Notes: generated by a model from the letters alone, not told the origin. Shown: positions 1-14,673, numbered from the stretch's first letter. The stretch: 64,000 bases of DNA from Azolla caroliniana (GCA_043228905.1 JBHGNT010000003.1:1-64000), one strand, 5' to 3'. Translations and numbers: made by a program.

Positions 1-3000
1 AGCTTCGTTTCGCATGTTTGAACACAAAAATCCGATATCACACGAGCTAGGTATGAACATTTTAATTTACTCAAGGGCTCCACTCAACTCCCTCCTCATG
101 TTTGGTAATTTCGTAATGTCTCTCGACCTCAGTTTCAAATTTTTCATTTTTTAATTCCATATCGTAGCTAGCGTTGTTAGCTTCGATTCGCATGTTTGAA
201 CACAAAAATCAGATATCACACGAGCCAGGTATGAACATTTTATTTAACTCAAGGGCTCCTCTCAACTCCCTCCTCATGTTTGCTAATTTCGTCATGTCTC
301 TGGACCTGAGTTTCAAAATCTTGATTTTTTAATTCAATATCATAGCTAGCGTTGTTAGCTTCGTTTCGCATGTTTGAACACAAAAATCAGATATCACACG
401 AGCCAGGTATGAACATTTTATTTAACTCAAGGGCTCCTCTCAACTCCGTCCTCGTGTTTGCTAATTTCGTCATGACAGGCACCCTGAGTTTCAAAATCTT
501 CATTTTCTAATTCCATATCATAGCTAGCGTTGTTAGCTTCGATTCGCATGTTGGAACACAAAAATCCGATATGACAGGAGCCAGGTATGAACATTTTAAT
601 TGTCCTAAAGGGCTCCTCTCAACTCCCTCGTCATGTTTGCTAATTTCTTCATGTCTCTCGACCTGAGTTACAAAATCTTGATTTTTTAATTCCATATCAT
701 AGCTAGGGTTGTTAGCTTCGATTCGCATATTTGAACACTAAAATCCGATATCACACGAGCCAAGTATGAACATTTTAATTTACTCAAGGGCTCCACTCAA
801 CTCCCTCCTCATGTTTGGTAATTTCTTCATGTCTCTCGACCCCAGTTTCAAAATCTTGATTTTTTCATTCCATATCATAGCTAGCGTTGTTAGCTTCGTT
901 TCGCATGTTTGAACACAAAAATCCGATATCACACGAGCCAGGTATGAACATTTTAATTTACTCAAGGGCTCCTCTCAACTCACTCCTCAAATTTGGTAAT
1001 TTCGTCATGTCTCTCGACCTGAGTTTCAAAATCTTGATTTTTTAATTCCATATCGTAGCTAGCGTTGTTAGCTTCGATTCGCATGTTTGAACACAAAAAT
1101 CAGATATCACACGAGCCAGGTATGAACATTTTATTTAACTCAAGGGCTCCTCTCAACTCCCTCCTCATGTTTGCTAATTTCGTCATGTCTCTCGACCTGA
1201 GTTTCAAAATCTTGATTTTTTAATTCCATATCATAGCTAGCGTTGTTAGCTTCGTTTCGCATGTTTGAACACAAAGATCCGATATCACACGAGCCAGGTA
1301 TGAACATTTTAATTTCCTCAAGGGCTCCACTCAACCCCCTCCTCATGTTTGGTAATTTCGTCATGTCTCTCGACCCCAGTTTCAAAATCTTGATTTTTTA
1401 ATTCCATATCATAGCCAGCGTTGTTAGCTTCGATACGCATGTTTGAACACAAAAATCCGATATCACACGAGCCAGGTATGAACATTTTAATTTACTCAAG
1501 GGCTCCTCTCAACTCACTCCTCAAATTTGGTAATTTCGTCATGTCTCTCGACCTGAGTTTCAAAATCTTGATTTTTTAATTCCATATCATAGCTAGCGTT
1601 GTTAGCTTCGATTCGCATGTTTGAACACTAAAATCCGATATCACACAAGCCAAGTATGAACATTTTAATTTACTCAAGGGCTCCTCTCAACTCACTCGTC
1701 AAATTTGGTGATTTCCTCATGTCTCTCGACCTGAGTTTCAAAATCTTGATTTTTTAATTCCATATCATAGCTAGCGTTGTTAGCTTCGATTCGCATGTTT
1801 GAACACTAAAATCCGATATCAAACGAGCCAGGTATGAACATTTTAATTTACTCAAGGGCTCCTCTCAACTCACTCCTCAAATTTGGTAATTTTGTCATGT
1901 CTCTCGACCCGAGTTTCAAAATCTTGATTTTTTAATTCCATATCATAGCTAGCGCTGTGAGCTTCGATTCGCATGTTTGAACACAATAATCCGATATCAC
2001 ACGAGCCAGGTATGAACATTTTAATTTTCTCAAGGGCTCCTCTCAACTTGCTCCTCATGTTTGCTAATTTCGTCATGTCTCTCGACCTCAGTTTCAAAAG
2101 CTTTATTTTTTAATTCAATATCATAGCTAGCGTTGTTAGCTTCGATTCACATGTTTCATCACAGAAATCCGATATGACACGAGCCAGGTATGAACATTTT
2201 AATTTACTCAAGGGCTCCTCTCAACTCCCTCCTCATGTTTGCTAATTCGGTCATGTCTCTCGACCTGAGTTTCAAAATCTTGATTTTTTAATTCCATATC
2301 ATAGCGTTGTTAGCATCGATTCGCATGTTTGAACACAAAAATCCGATATCACACGAGCCAGGTATGAACATTTTATTTTACTCAAGGGCTCCTCTCAACT
2401 CACTACTCAAATTTGGTAATTTCCTCATGTCTCTCGACCTAAGTTTCAAAATCTTCATTTTTTAATTCCATATCATAGCTAGCGTTGTTAGCTTCGATTC
2501 GCATGTTTGAACACTAAAATCCGATATCACACGAGCCAGGTATGAACATTTTAATTTTGTCAAGGGCTCGTCTCAACTCGCTCCTCATGTTTGCTAATTT
2601 CGTCATGTCTCTCGACCTGAGTTTCAAAATCTTGATTTTTTAATTCCATATCATAGCTAGCGTTGTTAGCTTCGTTTCGCATGTTTGAACACAAAGATCC
2701 GATATCACACGAGCCAGGTATGAACATTTTAATTTCCTCAAGGGCTCCACTCAACTCCCTCCTCATGTTTGGTAATTTCGTCATGTCTCTCGACCCCAGT
2801 TTCAAAATCTTCATTTTCTAATTCCATATCATAGCCAGCGTTGTTAGCTTCGATACGCATGTTTGAACACAAAAATCCGATATCACAGGAGCCAGGTATG
2901 AACATTTTAATTGTCCTAAAGGGCTCCTCTCAACTCCCTCGTCATGTTTGCTAATTTCGTCATGTCTCTCGACCTGAGTTTCAAAATCTTGATTTTTTAA

Positions 3001-6000
3001 TTCCATATCATAGCTAGCGTTGTTAGCTTCGATTCGCATGTTTGAACACTAAAATCCGATATCACACAAGCCAAGTATGAACATTTTAATTTACTCAAGG
3101 GCTCCTCTCAACTCACTCGTCAAATTTGGTGATTTCCTCATGTCTCTCGACCTGAGTTTCAAAATCTTGATTTTTTAATTCCATATCATAGCTAGCGTTG
3201 TTAGCTTCGATTCGCATGTTTGAACACTAAAATCCGATATCAAACGAGCCAGGTATGAACATTTTAATTTACTCAAGGGCTCCTCTCAACTCACTCCTCA
3301 AATTTGGTAATTTTGTCATGTCTCTCGACCCGAGTTTCAAAATCTTCATTTTTTAATTCCATATCATAGCTAGCGTTGTTAGCTTCGTTTCGCATGTTTG
3401 AACACAAAAATCCGATATCACACGAGCTAGGTATGAACATTTTAATTTACTCAAGGGCTCCACTCAACTCCCTCCTCATGTTTGGTAATTTCGTAATGTC
3501 TCTCGACCTCAGTTTCAAATTTTTCATTTTTTAATTCCATATCGTAGCTAGCGTTGTTAGCTTCGATTCGCATGTTTGAACACAAAAATCAGATATCACA
3601 CGAGCCAGGTATGAACATTTTATTTAACTCAAGGGCTCCTCTCAACTCCCTCCTCATGTTTGCTAATTTCGTCATGTCTCTGGACCTGAGTTTCAAAATC
3701 TTGATTTTTTAATTCAATATCATAGCTAGCGTTATTAGCTTCGTTTCGCATGTTTGAACACAAAAATCAGATATCACACGAGCCAGGTATGAACATTTTA
3801 TTTAACTCAAGGGCTCCTCTCAACTCCGTCCTCGTGTTTGCTAATTTCGTCATGACAGGCACCCTGAGTTTCAAAATCTTCATTTTCTAATTCCATATCA
3901 TAGCTAGCGTTGTTAGCTTCGATTCGCATGTTGGAACACAAAAATCCGATATGACAGGAGCCAGGTATGAACATTTTAATTGTCCTAAAGGGCTCCTCTC
4001 AACTCCCTCGTCATGTTTGCTAATTTCTTCATGTCTCTCGACCTGAGTTACAAAATCTTGATTTTTTAATTCCATATCATAGCTAGGGTTGTTAGCTTCG
4101 ATTCGCATATTTGAACACTAAAATCCGATATCACACGAGCCAAGTATGAACATTTTAATTTACTCAAGGGCTCCACTCAACTCCCTCCTCATGTTTGGTA
4201 ATTTCTTCATGTCTCTCGACCCCAGTTTCAAAATCTTGATTTTTTCATTCCATATCATAGCTAGCGTTGTTAGCTTCGTTTCGCATGTTTGAACACAAAA
4301 ATCCGATATCACACGAGCCAGGTATGAACATTTTAATTTACTCAAGGGCTCCTCTCAACTCACTCCTCAAATTTGGTAATTTCGTCATGTCTCTCGACCT
4401 GAGTTTCAAAATCTTGATTTTTTAATTCCATATCATAGCTAGCGCTGTGAGCTTCGATTCGCATGTTTGAACACTAAAATCCGATATCACACAAGCCAAG
4501 TATGAACATTTTAATTTACTCAAGGGCTCCTCTCAACTCACTCGTCAAATTTGGTGATTTCCTCATGTCTCTCGACCTGAGTTTCAAAATCTTGATTTTT
4601 TAATTCCATATCATAGCTAGCGTTGTTAGCTTCGATTCGCATGTTTGAACACTAAAATCCGATATCAAACGAGCCAGGTATGAACATTTTAATTTACTCA
4701 AGGGCTCCTCTCAACTCACTCCTCAAATTTGGTAATTTTGTCATGTCTCTCGACCCGAGTTTCAAAATCTTGATTTTTTAATTCCATATCATAGCTAGCG
4801 CTGTGAGCTTCGATTCGCATGTTTGAACACAATAATCCGATATCACACGAGCCAGGTATGAACATTTTAATTTTCTCAAGGGCTCCTCTCAACTTGCTCC
4901 TCATGTTTGCTAATTTCGTCATGTCTCTCGACCTCAGTTTCAAAAGCTTTATTTTTTAATTCAATATCATAGCTAGCGTTGTTAGCTTCGATTCACATGT
5001 TTCATCACAGAAATCCGATATGACACGAGCCAGGTATGAACATTTTAATTTACTCAAGGGCTCCTCTCAACTCCCTCCTCATGTTTGCTAATTCGGTCAT
5101 GTCTCTCGACCTGAGTTTCAAAATCTTGATTTTTTAATTCCATATCATAGCGTTGTTAGCATCGATTCGCATGTTTGAACACAAAAATCCGATATCACAC
5201 GAGCCAGGTATGAACATTTTATTTTACTCAAGGGCTCCTCTCAACTCACTACTCAAATTTGGTAATTTCCTCATGTCTCTCGACCTAAGTTTCAAAATCT
5301 TCATTTTTTAATTCCATATCATAGCTAGCGTTGTTAGCTTCGATTCGCATGTTTGAACACTAAAATCCGATATCACACGAGCCAGGTATGAACATTTTAA
5401 TTTTGTCAAGGGCTCGTCTCAACTCGCTCCTCATGTTTGCTAATTTCGTCATGTCTCTCGACCTGAGTTTCAAAATCTTGATTTTTTAATTCCATATCAT
5501 AGCTAGCGTTGTTAGCTTCGTTTCGCATGTTTGAACACAAAGATCCGATATCACACGAGCCAGGTATGAACATTTTAATTTCCTCAAGGGCTCCACTCAA
5601 CTCCCTCCTCATGTTTGGTAATTTCGTCATGTCTCTCGACCCCAGTTTCAAAATCTTCATTTTCTAATTCCATATCATAGCCAGCGTTGTTAGCTTCGAT
5701 ACGCATGTTTGAACACAAAAATCCGATATCACAGGAGCCAGGTATGAACATTTTAATTGTCCTAAAGGGCTCCTCTCAACTCCCTCGTCATGTTTGCTAA
5801 TTTCGTCATGTCTCTCGACCTGAGTTTCAAAATCTTGATTTTTTAATTCCATATCATAGCTAGCGTTGTTAGCTTCGATTCGCATGTTTGAACACTAAAA
5901 TCCGATATCACACAAGCCAAGTATGAACATTTTAATTTACTCAAGGGCTCCTCTCAACTCACTCGTCAAATTTGGTGATTTCCTCATGTCTCTCGACCTG

Positions 6001-6045
6001 AGTTTCAAAATCTTGATTTTTTAATTCCATATCATAGCTAGCGTT
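1..6045 (+). repeat. Higher-order repeat: 19-mer (3380 bp) followed by a 16-mer deletion derivative (2846-bp offset)
   Basis: Sequence at 1 recurs at 3381. Identical spurious ORFs at 507/3887 and 780/4160 (offset 3380), then at 1870/4716, 2560/5406 and 2818/5664 (offset 2846, i.e. 534 bp or 3 monomers fewer). Confidence 0.9.
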
Positions 6046-6949
6046 TTTAGCTTCGTTTCCCATGTTGGAACACAAAAATCCGATCTGACACGAGCCAGGT
6101 ATGAACATTTTAATTTACTCAAGGGATTCTCTCAACTCCCACCTCCTGTTTGCTAATTTCGTCACGTCTCTCGACCCGAGTTTCAAAATATTGATTTTTT
6201 AATTCCATATCATAGCTAGCGTTGTTGGCTTTGATTCGCATGTTTGAACACAAAAATCCGATATCACACGAGCCAGGTATGAACATTTTATTTTACTCAA
6301 GGGCTCCTCTCAACTCACTACTCAAATTTGGTAATTTCGTCATGTCTCTCCACCTGAGTTTCAAAATCTTGATTTTTTAATTCCATATCATAGCTAGCGT
6401 TGTTAGCTTCGATTCGCATGTTTGAACACAAAAATTCGATATCACACGAGCCAGGTATGACCATTTTAATTTACTCAAGCGCTCCTCTCAACTCCCTCCT
6501 CATGTTTGGTAATTTCGTCATGTCTCTCGACCTGAGTTTCAAAATCTTGATTTTTTAATTCTATATCATAGCTAGCGTTTTTAGCTTCGTTTCCCATGTT
6601 GGAACACAAAAATCCGATCTGACACGAGCTAGGTATGAACATTTTAATTTACTCAAGGGCTGTTCTCAACTCCCTCCTCATGTTTGCTAATTTCGTCATG
6701 TCTCTCGACCCGAGTTTCAAAATATTGATTTTTTAATTCCATATCATAGCTAGGGTTGTTGGCTTTGATTCGCATGTTTGAACACAAAAATCCGATATCA
6801 CACGAGCCAGGTATGAACATTTTATTTTACTCAAGGGCTCCTCTCAACTCACTACTCAAATTTGGTAATTTCGTCATGTGTCTCTACCTAAGTTTCAAAA
6901 TTCTGATTTTTTAATTCCGTATCATAGCTAGCGTTGTTAGCTTCAATTC

Positions 6950-9900
6950 GCATGTTTGAACACAAAAATCCGATATGACACGAGCCAGGTATGAACATTT
7001 TATTTAACTCAAGGGTTTGTCTCAGCTCCCTCCTCATGTTTGCTAATTTCGTCATGACAGGCAACCTGAGTTTCAAAATCTTCATTTTCTAATTCCATAT
7101 CATAGCTAGCGTTGTTAGCTTCGATTCGCATGTTGGAACACAAAAATCCGATATGACAGGAGCCAGGTATGAACATTTTAATTGTCCTAAAGGGCTCCTC
7201 TCAACTCCCTCGTCATGTTTGCTAATTTCTTCATGTCTCTCGACCTGAGTTACAAAATCTTGATTTTTGAATTCCATATCATAGCTAGCGTTGTTAGCTT
7301 CGATTCGCATGTTTGAACACAAAAATCAGATATCACACGAGCCAGGTATGAACATTTTATTTAACTCAAGGGCTCCTCTCAACTCCCTCCTCATGTTTGC
7401 TAATTTCGTCATGTGTCTCGACCTGAGTTTCAAAGTCTTGATTATTTAATTCCATATCATAGCTAGCGTTGTTAGCTTCGTTTCGCATGTTTGAACACAA
7501 AAATCCGATATCACACGAGCCAGGTATGAACAGTTTAATTTTCTCAAGGGCTCCTCTCAACTCGCTCCTCATGTTTGCTAATTTCGTCATGTCTCTCGAC
7601 CCGAGTTTCAAAATATTGATTTTTTAATTCCATATCATAGCTAGCGTTGTTAGCTTCGATTCGCATGTTTGAACACAAAAATCCGATATGACATGAGCCA
7701 GGTATGAACATTTTAATTTTCTCAAGGGCTTCTCTCAACTCCCTCCTCATGTTTGCCTATTTCGTCATGTCTCTCGACTTGAGTGTCAAAATCTTGATTT
7801 TTTAATTCCATATCATAGCTAGCGTTTTTAGATTCGTTTCGCATGTTTGAACACAAAAATCTGATATGACACGAACCAGGTATGAACATTTTAATTTACT
7901 CCAGCGCTCCTCTCAATTCCCTCCTCATGTTTGCTAATTTCGTCATGTCTCTCGACCCGAGATTCAAAATCCAGGTTGTTGGCGTTGTTGGCTTCGATAC
8001 GCATGTTTGAACACAAATATCCGATATTACACGAGCCAGGTATGAACATTTTAATTTACTCAAGGCCTCCTCTCAACTCACTCCTCAAATTTGGTATTTG
8101 TCATGTCTCTCGACCTGAGTTTCAAAATCTTCATTTTTTAATTCCATATCATATCTAGCGTTGTTAGCATCCATTCGCATGTTTGAACACAAAAATCCGA
8201 TATGACACGAGCCAGGTATGAACATTTTAATTTTCTCAAGGGCTCCTCTCAACTCGCTCCTCATGTTTGATAATTTCTTCATGTCTCTCGACCTGAGTTT
8301 CAAAATTTTGATTTTTTAATTCCATATCATAGCTAGCGTTTTTAGCTTCGATTCGCATGTTTGAACACAAAAATCCGATATCACACGAGCCAGGTATGAA
8401 CATTTTAATTTACTCAAGGGCTCCTCTCAACTCCCTCCTCATGTTTGCTAATTTCGTCATGTCTCTCGACCCGAGTTTCAAAATCTTGATTTTTTAATTC
8501 CATATCATAGCGAGCGTTGTTAGCATCGATTCGCATGTTTGAACACAAAAATCTGAGTTCACACGAGCCAGGTATGACCATTTTAATTTACTGAAGGGCT
8601 CCTCTCAACTCCCTCCTCATGTTTGCTAATTTCGTCATGTCTCTCGACCTGAGTTTCAAAATCTTCATTTTTTAATTCGATATAATAGCTAGCGTTGTTA
8701 GCTTCGTTTCGCATGTTTGAACACAAAAATCCGATATCACACGAGCCAGGTATGAACATTTTAATTTTCTCAAGGGCTCCTCTCAACTCCCTCCTCATGT
8801 TTGCTAATTTCGTCATGTCTCTCGACCCGAGTTTCAAAATCTTGATTTTTTAATTCCATATCATAGCGAGCGTTGTTAGCATCGATTCGCATGTTTGAAC
8901 ACAAAAATCTGAGTTCACACGAGCCAGGTATGACCATTTTAATTTACTGAAGGGCTCCTCTCAACTCCCTCCTCATGTTTGCTAATTTCGTCATGTCTCT
9001 CGACCTGAGTTTCAAAATCTTCATTTTTTAATTCGATATCATAGCTAGCGTTGTTAGCTTCGATTCGCATGTTTGAACACAAAAATCCGATATGACACGA
9101 GCCAGGTATGAACATTTTATTTAACTCAAGGGTTCCTCTCAGCTCCCTCCTCATGTTTGCTAATTTCGTCATGACAGGCAACCTGAGTTTCAAAATCTTC
9201 ATTTTCTAATTCCATATCATAGCTAGCGTTGTTAGCTTCGATTCGCATGTTGGAACACAAAAATCCGATATGACAGGAGCCAGGTATGAACATTTTAATT
9301 GTCCTAAAGGGCTCCTCTCAACTCCCTCGTCATGTTTGCTAATTTCTTCATGTCTCTCGACCTGAGTTACAAAATCTTGATTTTTGAATTCCATATCATA
9401 GCTAGCGTTGTTAGCTTCGATTCGCATGTTTGAACACAAAAATCAGATATCACACGAGCCAGGTATGAACATTTTATTTAACTCAAGGGCTCCTCTCAAC
9501 TCCCTCCTCATGTTTGCTAATTTCGTCATGTGTCTCGACCTGAGTTTCAAAGTCTTGATTATTTAATTCCATATCATAGCTAGCGTTGTTAGCTTCGTTT
9601 CGCATGTTTGAACACAAAAATCCGATATCACACGAGCCAGGTATGAACAGTTTAATTTTCTCAAGGGCTCCTCTCAACTCGCTCCTCATGTTTGCTAATT
9701 TCGTCATGTCTCTCGACCCGAGTTTCAAAATATTGATTTTTTAATTCCATATCATAGCTAGCGTTGTTAGCTTCGATTCGCATGTTTGAACACAAAAATC
9801 CGATATGACATGAGCCAGGTATGAACATTTTAATTTTCTCAAGGGCTCCTCTCAACTCCCTCCTCATGTTTGCCTATTTCGTCATGTCTCTCGACTTGAG

Positions 9901-10980
9901 TGTCAAAATCTTGATTTTTTAATTCCATATCATAGCTAGCGTTTTTAGATTCGTTTCGCATGTTTGAACACAAAAATCTGATATGACACGAACCAGGTAT
10001 GAACATTTTAATTTACTCCAGCGCTCCTCTCAATTCCCTCCTCATGTTTGCTAATTTCGTCATGTCTCTCGACCCGAGATTCAAAATCCAGGTTGTTGGC
10101 GTTGTTGGCTTCGATACGCATGTTTGAACACAAATATCCGATATTACACGAGCCAGGTATGAACATTTTAATTTACTCAAGGCCTCCTCTCAACTCACTC
10201 CTCAAATTTGGTATTTGTCATGTCTCTCGACCTGAGTTTCAAAATCTTCATTTTTTAATTCCATATCATATCTAGCGTTGTTAGCATCCATTCGCATGTT
10301 TGAACACAAAAATCCGATATGACACGAGCCAGGTATGAACATTTTAATTTTCTCAAGGGCTCCTCTCAACTCGCTCCTCATGTTTGATAATTTCGTCATG
10401 TCTCTCGACCTGAGTTTCAAAATTTTGATTTTTTAATTCCATATCATAGCTAGCGTTTTTAGCTTCGATTCGCATGTTTGAACACAGAAATCCGATATCA
10501 CACGAGCCAGGTATGAACATTTTAATTTACTCAAGGGCTCCTCTCAACTCCCTCCTCATGTTTGCTAATTTCGTCATGTCTCTCGACCCGAGTTTCAAAA
10601 TCTTGATTTTTTAATTCCATATCATAGCGAGCGTTGTTAGCATCGATTCGCATGTTTGAACACAAAAATCTGAGTTCACACGAGCCAGGTATGACCATTT
10701 TAATTTACTGAAGGGCTCCTCTCAACTCCCTCCTCATGTTTGCTAATTTCGTCATGTCTCTCGACCTGAGTTTCAAAATCTTCATTTTTTAATTCGATAT
10801 CATAGCTAGCGTTGTTAGCTTCGTTTCGCATGTTTGAACACAAAAATCCGATATCACACGAGCCAGGTATGAACATTTTAATTTTCTCAAGGGCTCCTCT
10901 CAACTCCCTCCTCATGTTTGCTAATTTCGTCATGTCTCTCGACCCGAGTTTCAAAATCTTGATTTTTTAATTCCATATCA
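6950..10980 (+). repeat. Higher-order repeat: 12-mer duplication, 2117-bp period
   Basis: Near-identical ORF pairs 7089/9206, 7366/9483, 7931/10048, 8085/10202 and 8583/10700 are all offset by 2117. Both copies carry the same shortened monomer (gattcaaaatccaggttgttggcg). Boundaries approximate. Confidence 0.9.
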
Positions 10981-13900
10981 TAGCTAGCGTTGTTGGCTTC
11001 GATTCGCATGTTTCAACACAAATATACGATATGACACGAGCCAGGTATGAACATTTTAATTTACTCAAGGGCTCCTCTCAACTCCCTTATCATGTTTGCT
11101 AATTTCGTCATGTCTCTCGACCTGAGTTTCAAAATCTTTATTTTTTAATTCCATATCATAGCTAGCGTTTTTAGCTTCGTTTCGCTTGTTTGAACACAAA
11201 AATCCGATATGACACGAGCCCGGTATGAACATTTTAATTTACTCAAGGGCTCCTCTCAACTCCCTCCTCATGTTTGCTAATTTCGTCATGTCTCTCGACC
11301 CGAGTTTCAAAATCTTGATTTTTTAATTCCATATCATAGCGAGCGTTGTTAGCATCGATTCGCATGTTTGAACACAAAAATCCGAGTTCACACGAGCCAG
11401 GTATGACCATTTTAATTTTCTCAAGGGCTCCTCTGAACTCACTACTCAAATTTGGTAATTTTGTCATGTCTCTCGACCTGAGTTTAAAAATCTTGATTTT
11501 TTAATTCCATATCATAGCTAGCGTTTTTAGCTTCGTTTTCCATGTTGGAACACAAAAATCCGATATCACACGAGCCAGGTATGAACATTTTAATTGTCCT
11601 ACTAGCTCTTCTCAACTCCCTCCTCATGTTTGCTAATTTCGTCATGTCTCTCGACCTGAGTTTCAAAATCTTTATTTTTTAATTCCATATCATAGCTAGC
11701 GTTTTTAGCTTCGTTTCGCATGTTTGAACACAGAAATCCGATATGACACGAGCCCGGTATGAACATTTTAATTTACTCAAGGGCTGCTCTCAACTCTCAC
11801 CTCATGTTTGCTAATTTCGTCATGTCTCTCGACCCGAGTTTCAAAATCTTGATTTTTTAATTCCATATCATAGCGAGCGTTGTTAGCATCGATTCGCATG
11901 TTTGAACACAAAAATCCGAGTTCACACGAGCCAGGTATGACCATTTTAATTTTCTCAAGGGCTCCTCTGAACTCACTACTCAAATTTGGTAATTTTGTCA
12001 TGTCTCTCGACCTGAGTTTCAAAATCTTCATTTTTTAATTCCATATCATAGCTAGCGTTTTTAGCTTCGTTTTCCATGTTGGAACACAAAAATCCGATCT
12101 GACACGAGCCAGGTATGAACATTTTAATTTACTCAAGGGCTTCTCTCAACTCCCTCCTCATGTTTGCTAATTTCGTCATGTCTCTCGACCCGAGTTTCAA
12201 AATATTGATTTTTTAATTCCATATCATAGCTCGCGTTGTTGGTTTTGATTCGCATGTTTGAACACAAAAATCCGATATCACACGAGCCAGGTGTGAACAT
12301 TTTATTTTACTCAAGGGCTCCTCTCAACTCACTACTCAAATTTGGTAATTTCGTCATGTCTCTCCACCTGAGTTTCAAAATTTTGATTTTTTAATTCCAT
12401 ATCATAGCTAGCGTTGTTAGCTTCGATTCGCATGTTTGAACACAAAAATCCGATATCACACGAGCCAGGTATGACCATTTTAATTTACTCAAGCGCTCCT
12501 CTCAACTCCCTCCTCATGTTTGGTAATTTCGTCATGTCTCTCGACCTGAGTTTCAAAATCTTCATTTTTTAATTCCAGATCATAGCTAGCGTTGTTAGCT
12601 TCGATTTGCATGTTTGAACACTAAAATCCGATATCACACGAGCCAGGTATGAACATTTTAATTTACTCAAGGGCTGCTCTGAAGTCACTCCCGAAATTTG
12701 GTAATTTCATCATGTCTCTTGACCTGAGTTTGAAAATCTTGATTTTTTAATTCCATATCATAGCTAGCGTTGTTAGCTTCGATTCGCATGTTTGAACACA
12801 AAAATCCGATATCACACGAGCCAGGTATGAACATTTTAATTGTCCTACTAGCTCTTCTCAACTCCCTCCTCATGTTTGCTAATTTCGTCATGTCTCTCGA
12901 CCTGAGTTTCAAAATCTTCTTTTTTTAATTCCATATCATAGCTAGCGTTGTTAGCTTCGATTCGCATGTTTGAACACTAAAATCCGATATCACACGAGCC
13001 AAGTATGAACATTTTAATTTACTCAAGGGCTCCACTCAACTCCCTCCTCATGTTTCGTGATTTCGTCATGTCTCTCGACATGAGTTTCGAAATCTTGATT
13101 TTTTAATTCCATATCATACCTAGCGTTGTTAGCTTCGATTCGCATGTTTGAACACAAAAATCCGATATCACACGAGCCAGGTATGAACATTTTAATTGTC
13201 CTACTAGCTCTTCTCAACTCACTCCTCAAATTTGGTAATTTCGTCATGTCTCTCGACCTGAGTTTCAAAATCTTGATTTTTTAATTCCATATCATAGCTA
13301 GCGTTGTTAGCTTCGATTCGCATGTTTGAACACAAAAATCCAATATCACACGAGCCAGGTATGAACATTTTGATTTACTCAAGGGCTGCTCTGAACTCAC
13401 TCCTGAAATTTGGTAATTTCATCATGTCTCTTGACCTGAGTTTGAAAATCTTCATTTTTTAATTCCATATCATAGCTAGCGTTGTTAGCTTCGATTCGCA
13501 TGTTTGAACACAAAAATCCGATATCACACGAGCCAGGTATGAACATTTTAATTGTCCTACTAGCTCTTCTCAACTCCCTCCTCTTGTTTGCTAATTTCGT
13601 CATGTCTCTCGACCTGAGTTTCAAAATCTTGATTTTTTTATTCCATATCATAGCTAGCGTTGTTAGCTTCGATTCGCATGTTTTAACACAAAAATCCGAT
13701 ATTACACTAGCCAAGTATGAACATTTTAATTTACTCAAGGGCTCCTCTCAACTCACTCCTCAAATTTGGTAATTTCATCATGTCTCTTGTCGTGAGTTTC
13801 AAAATCTTGATTTTTTAATTCCATAACATAGCTAGCGTTGTTAGCTTCGATTCGCATGTTTTAACACAAAAATCCGATATCACACGAGCCAGGTATGAAC

Positions 13901-14442
13901 ATTTTAATTGTCCTACTAGCTCTTCTCAACTCACTCCTCAAATTTGGTAATTTTGTCATGTATCTCGACCTGAGTTTCAAAATCTTGATTTTTTAATTCG
14001 ATATCATAGCTAGCGTTGTTAGCTTCGATTCGGATGTTTGAACACAAAAATCCGATATCACACGAGCCAGGTATGAACATTTTAATTGTCCTACTAGCTC
14101 TTCTCAAGTCACTCCTCAAATTTGGTAATTTTGTCATGTCTCTCGACCTTAGTTTCAAAATCTTGATTTTTTTATTCCAGATCATAACTAGTGTTGTTAG
14201 CTTCGATTCGCATGTTTGAACACAAAAATCCGATATGACACGAGCCAGGTATGAACATTTCAATTTACTCAAGGGCTCCTCTCAACTCCCTCCTCATGTT
14301 TGCTAATTTCGTCATGTCTCTCGACCTGAGTTTCAAAATCTTGATTACTAGGACCAAATGGTAGAAACATGGAGTGCGTAGAGATAGGCACAAGACGATT
14401 AGAGGGTGCTTAAGCTAAACAAGAGAAAGTAGGCAACATACA

Positions 14443-14447
<5 letters not shown>

Positions 14448-14485
<38 letters not shown>
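14448..14485. repeat. (GA)n microsatellite in PLE 3' region
   Basis: Pure GA dinucleotide run read directly. Confidence 0.97.
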
Positions 14486-14487
<2 letters not shown>

Positions 14488-14508
14488 TTTTTAATTCAAA
14501 GAGGGTGG

Positions 14509-14563
14509 TGGTCTTAGGCAAACTAGTTTCGCTCAATAGTGGAGCTCTTCAGTGCAAAGACCA
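14509..14563 (-). ncRNA. Minimal type I hammerhead ribozyme
   Basis: Minus strand reads UGGUCUU-U-GCA CUGAAGA GCUC-cacuauu-GAGC GAAA CUAG UU UGC-CU-AAGACCA. It has the CUGANGA and GAAA cores, a 4-bp stem II, stem I (GCA/UGC plus UGGUCUU/AAGACCA) and a minimal stem III within the palindrome AACUAGUU. Predicted cleavage after GUU, between 14521 and 14520. Confidence 0.88.
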
Positions 14564-14673
14564 TTACAACAAGAGAATGTGATTTATAAAGGGGTGGGAA
14601 GGAAGAGGGAGTGAGAGAAAAAGGAGTGGGGAGGATTTGATTTGTGTAGTAGATGAGAGAGAATAGAATGTGG

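Larger units (their letters stand above)
1..14346 (+). repeat. 178-bp tandem satellite, young homogeneous layer (centromere-like)
   Basis: Motif agcttcgattcgcatgtttgaacacaaaaatccgatatcacacgagccaggtatgaacattttaatttactcaagggctcctctcaactc recurs with 178-bp period (first monomers start at 1 and 179), roughly 80 monomers with few indels. Centromeric role is inferred from monomer size and array organisation only. Confidence 0.97.

Noticed and set aside
179-200. CENP-B box-like motif around cTTCGattcg
   Set aside because: Only TTCG matches; the downstream A and CGGG positions of the 17-bp box are absent.
1-14346. CRISPR array or other repeat-spacer system
   Set aside because: Units are contiguous full-length monomers with no unique spacers, no cas genes, and the context is eukaryotic.
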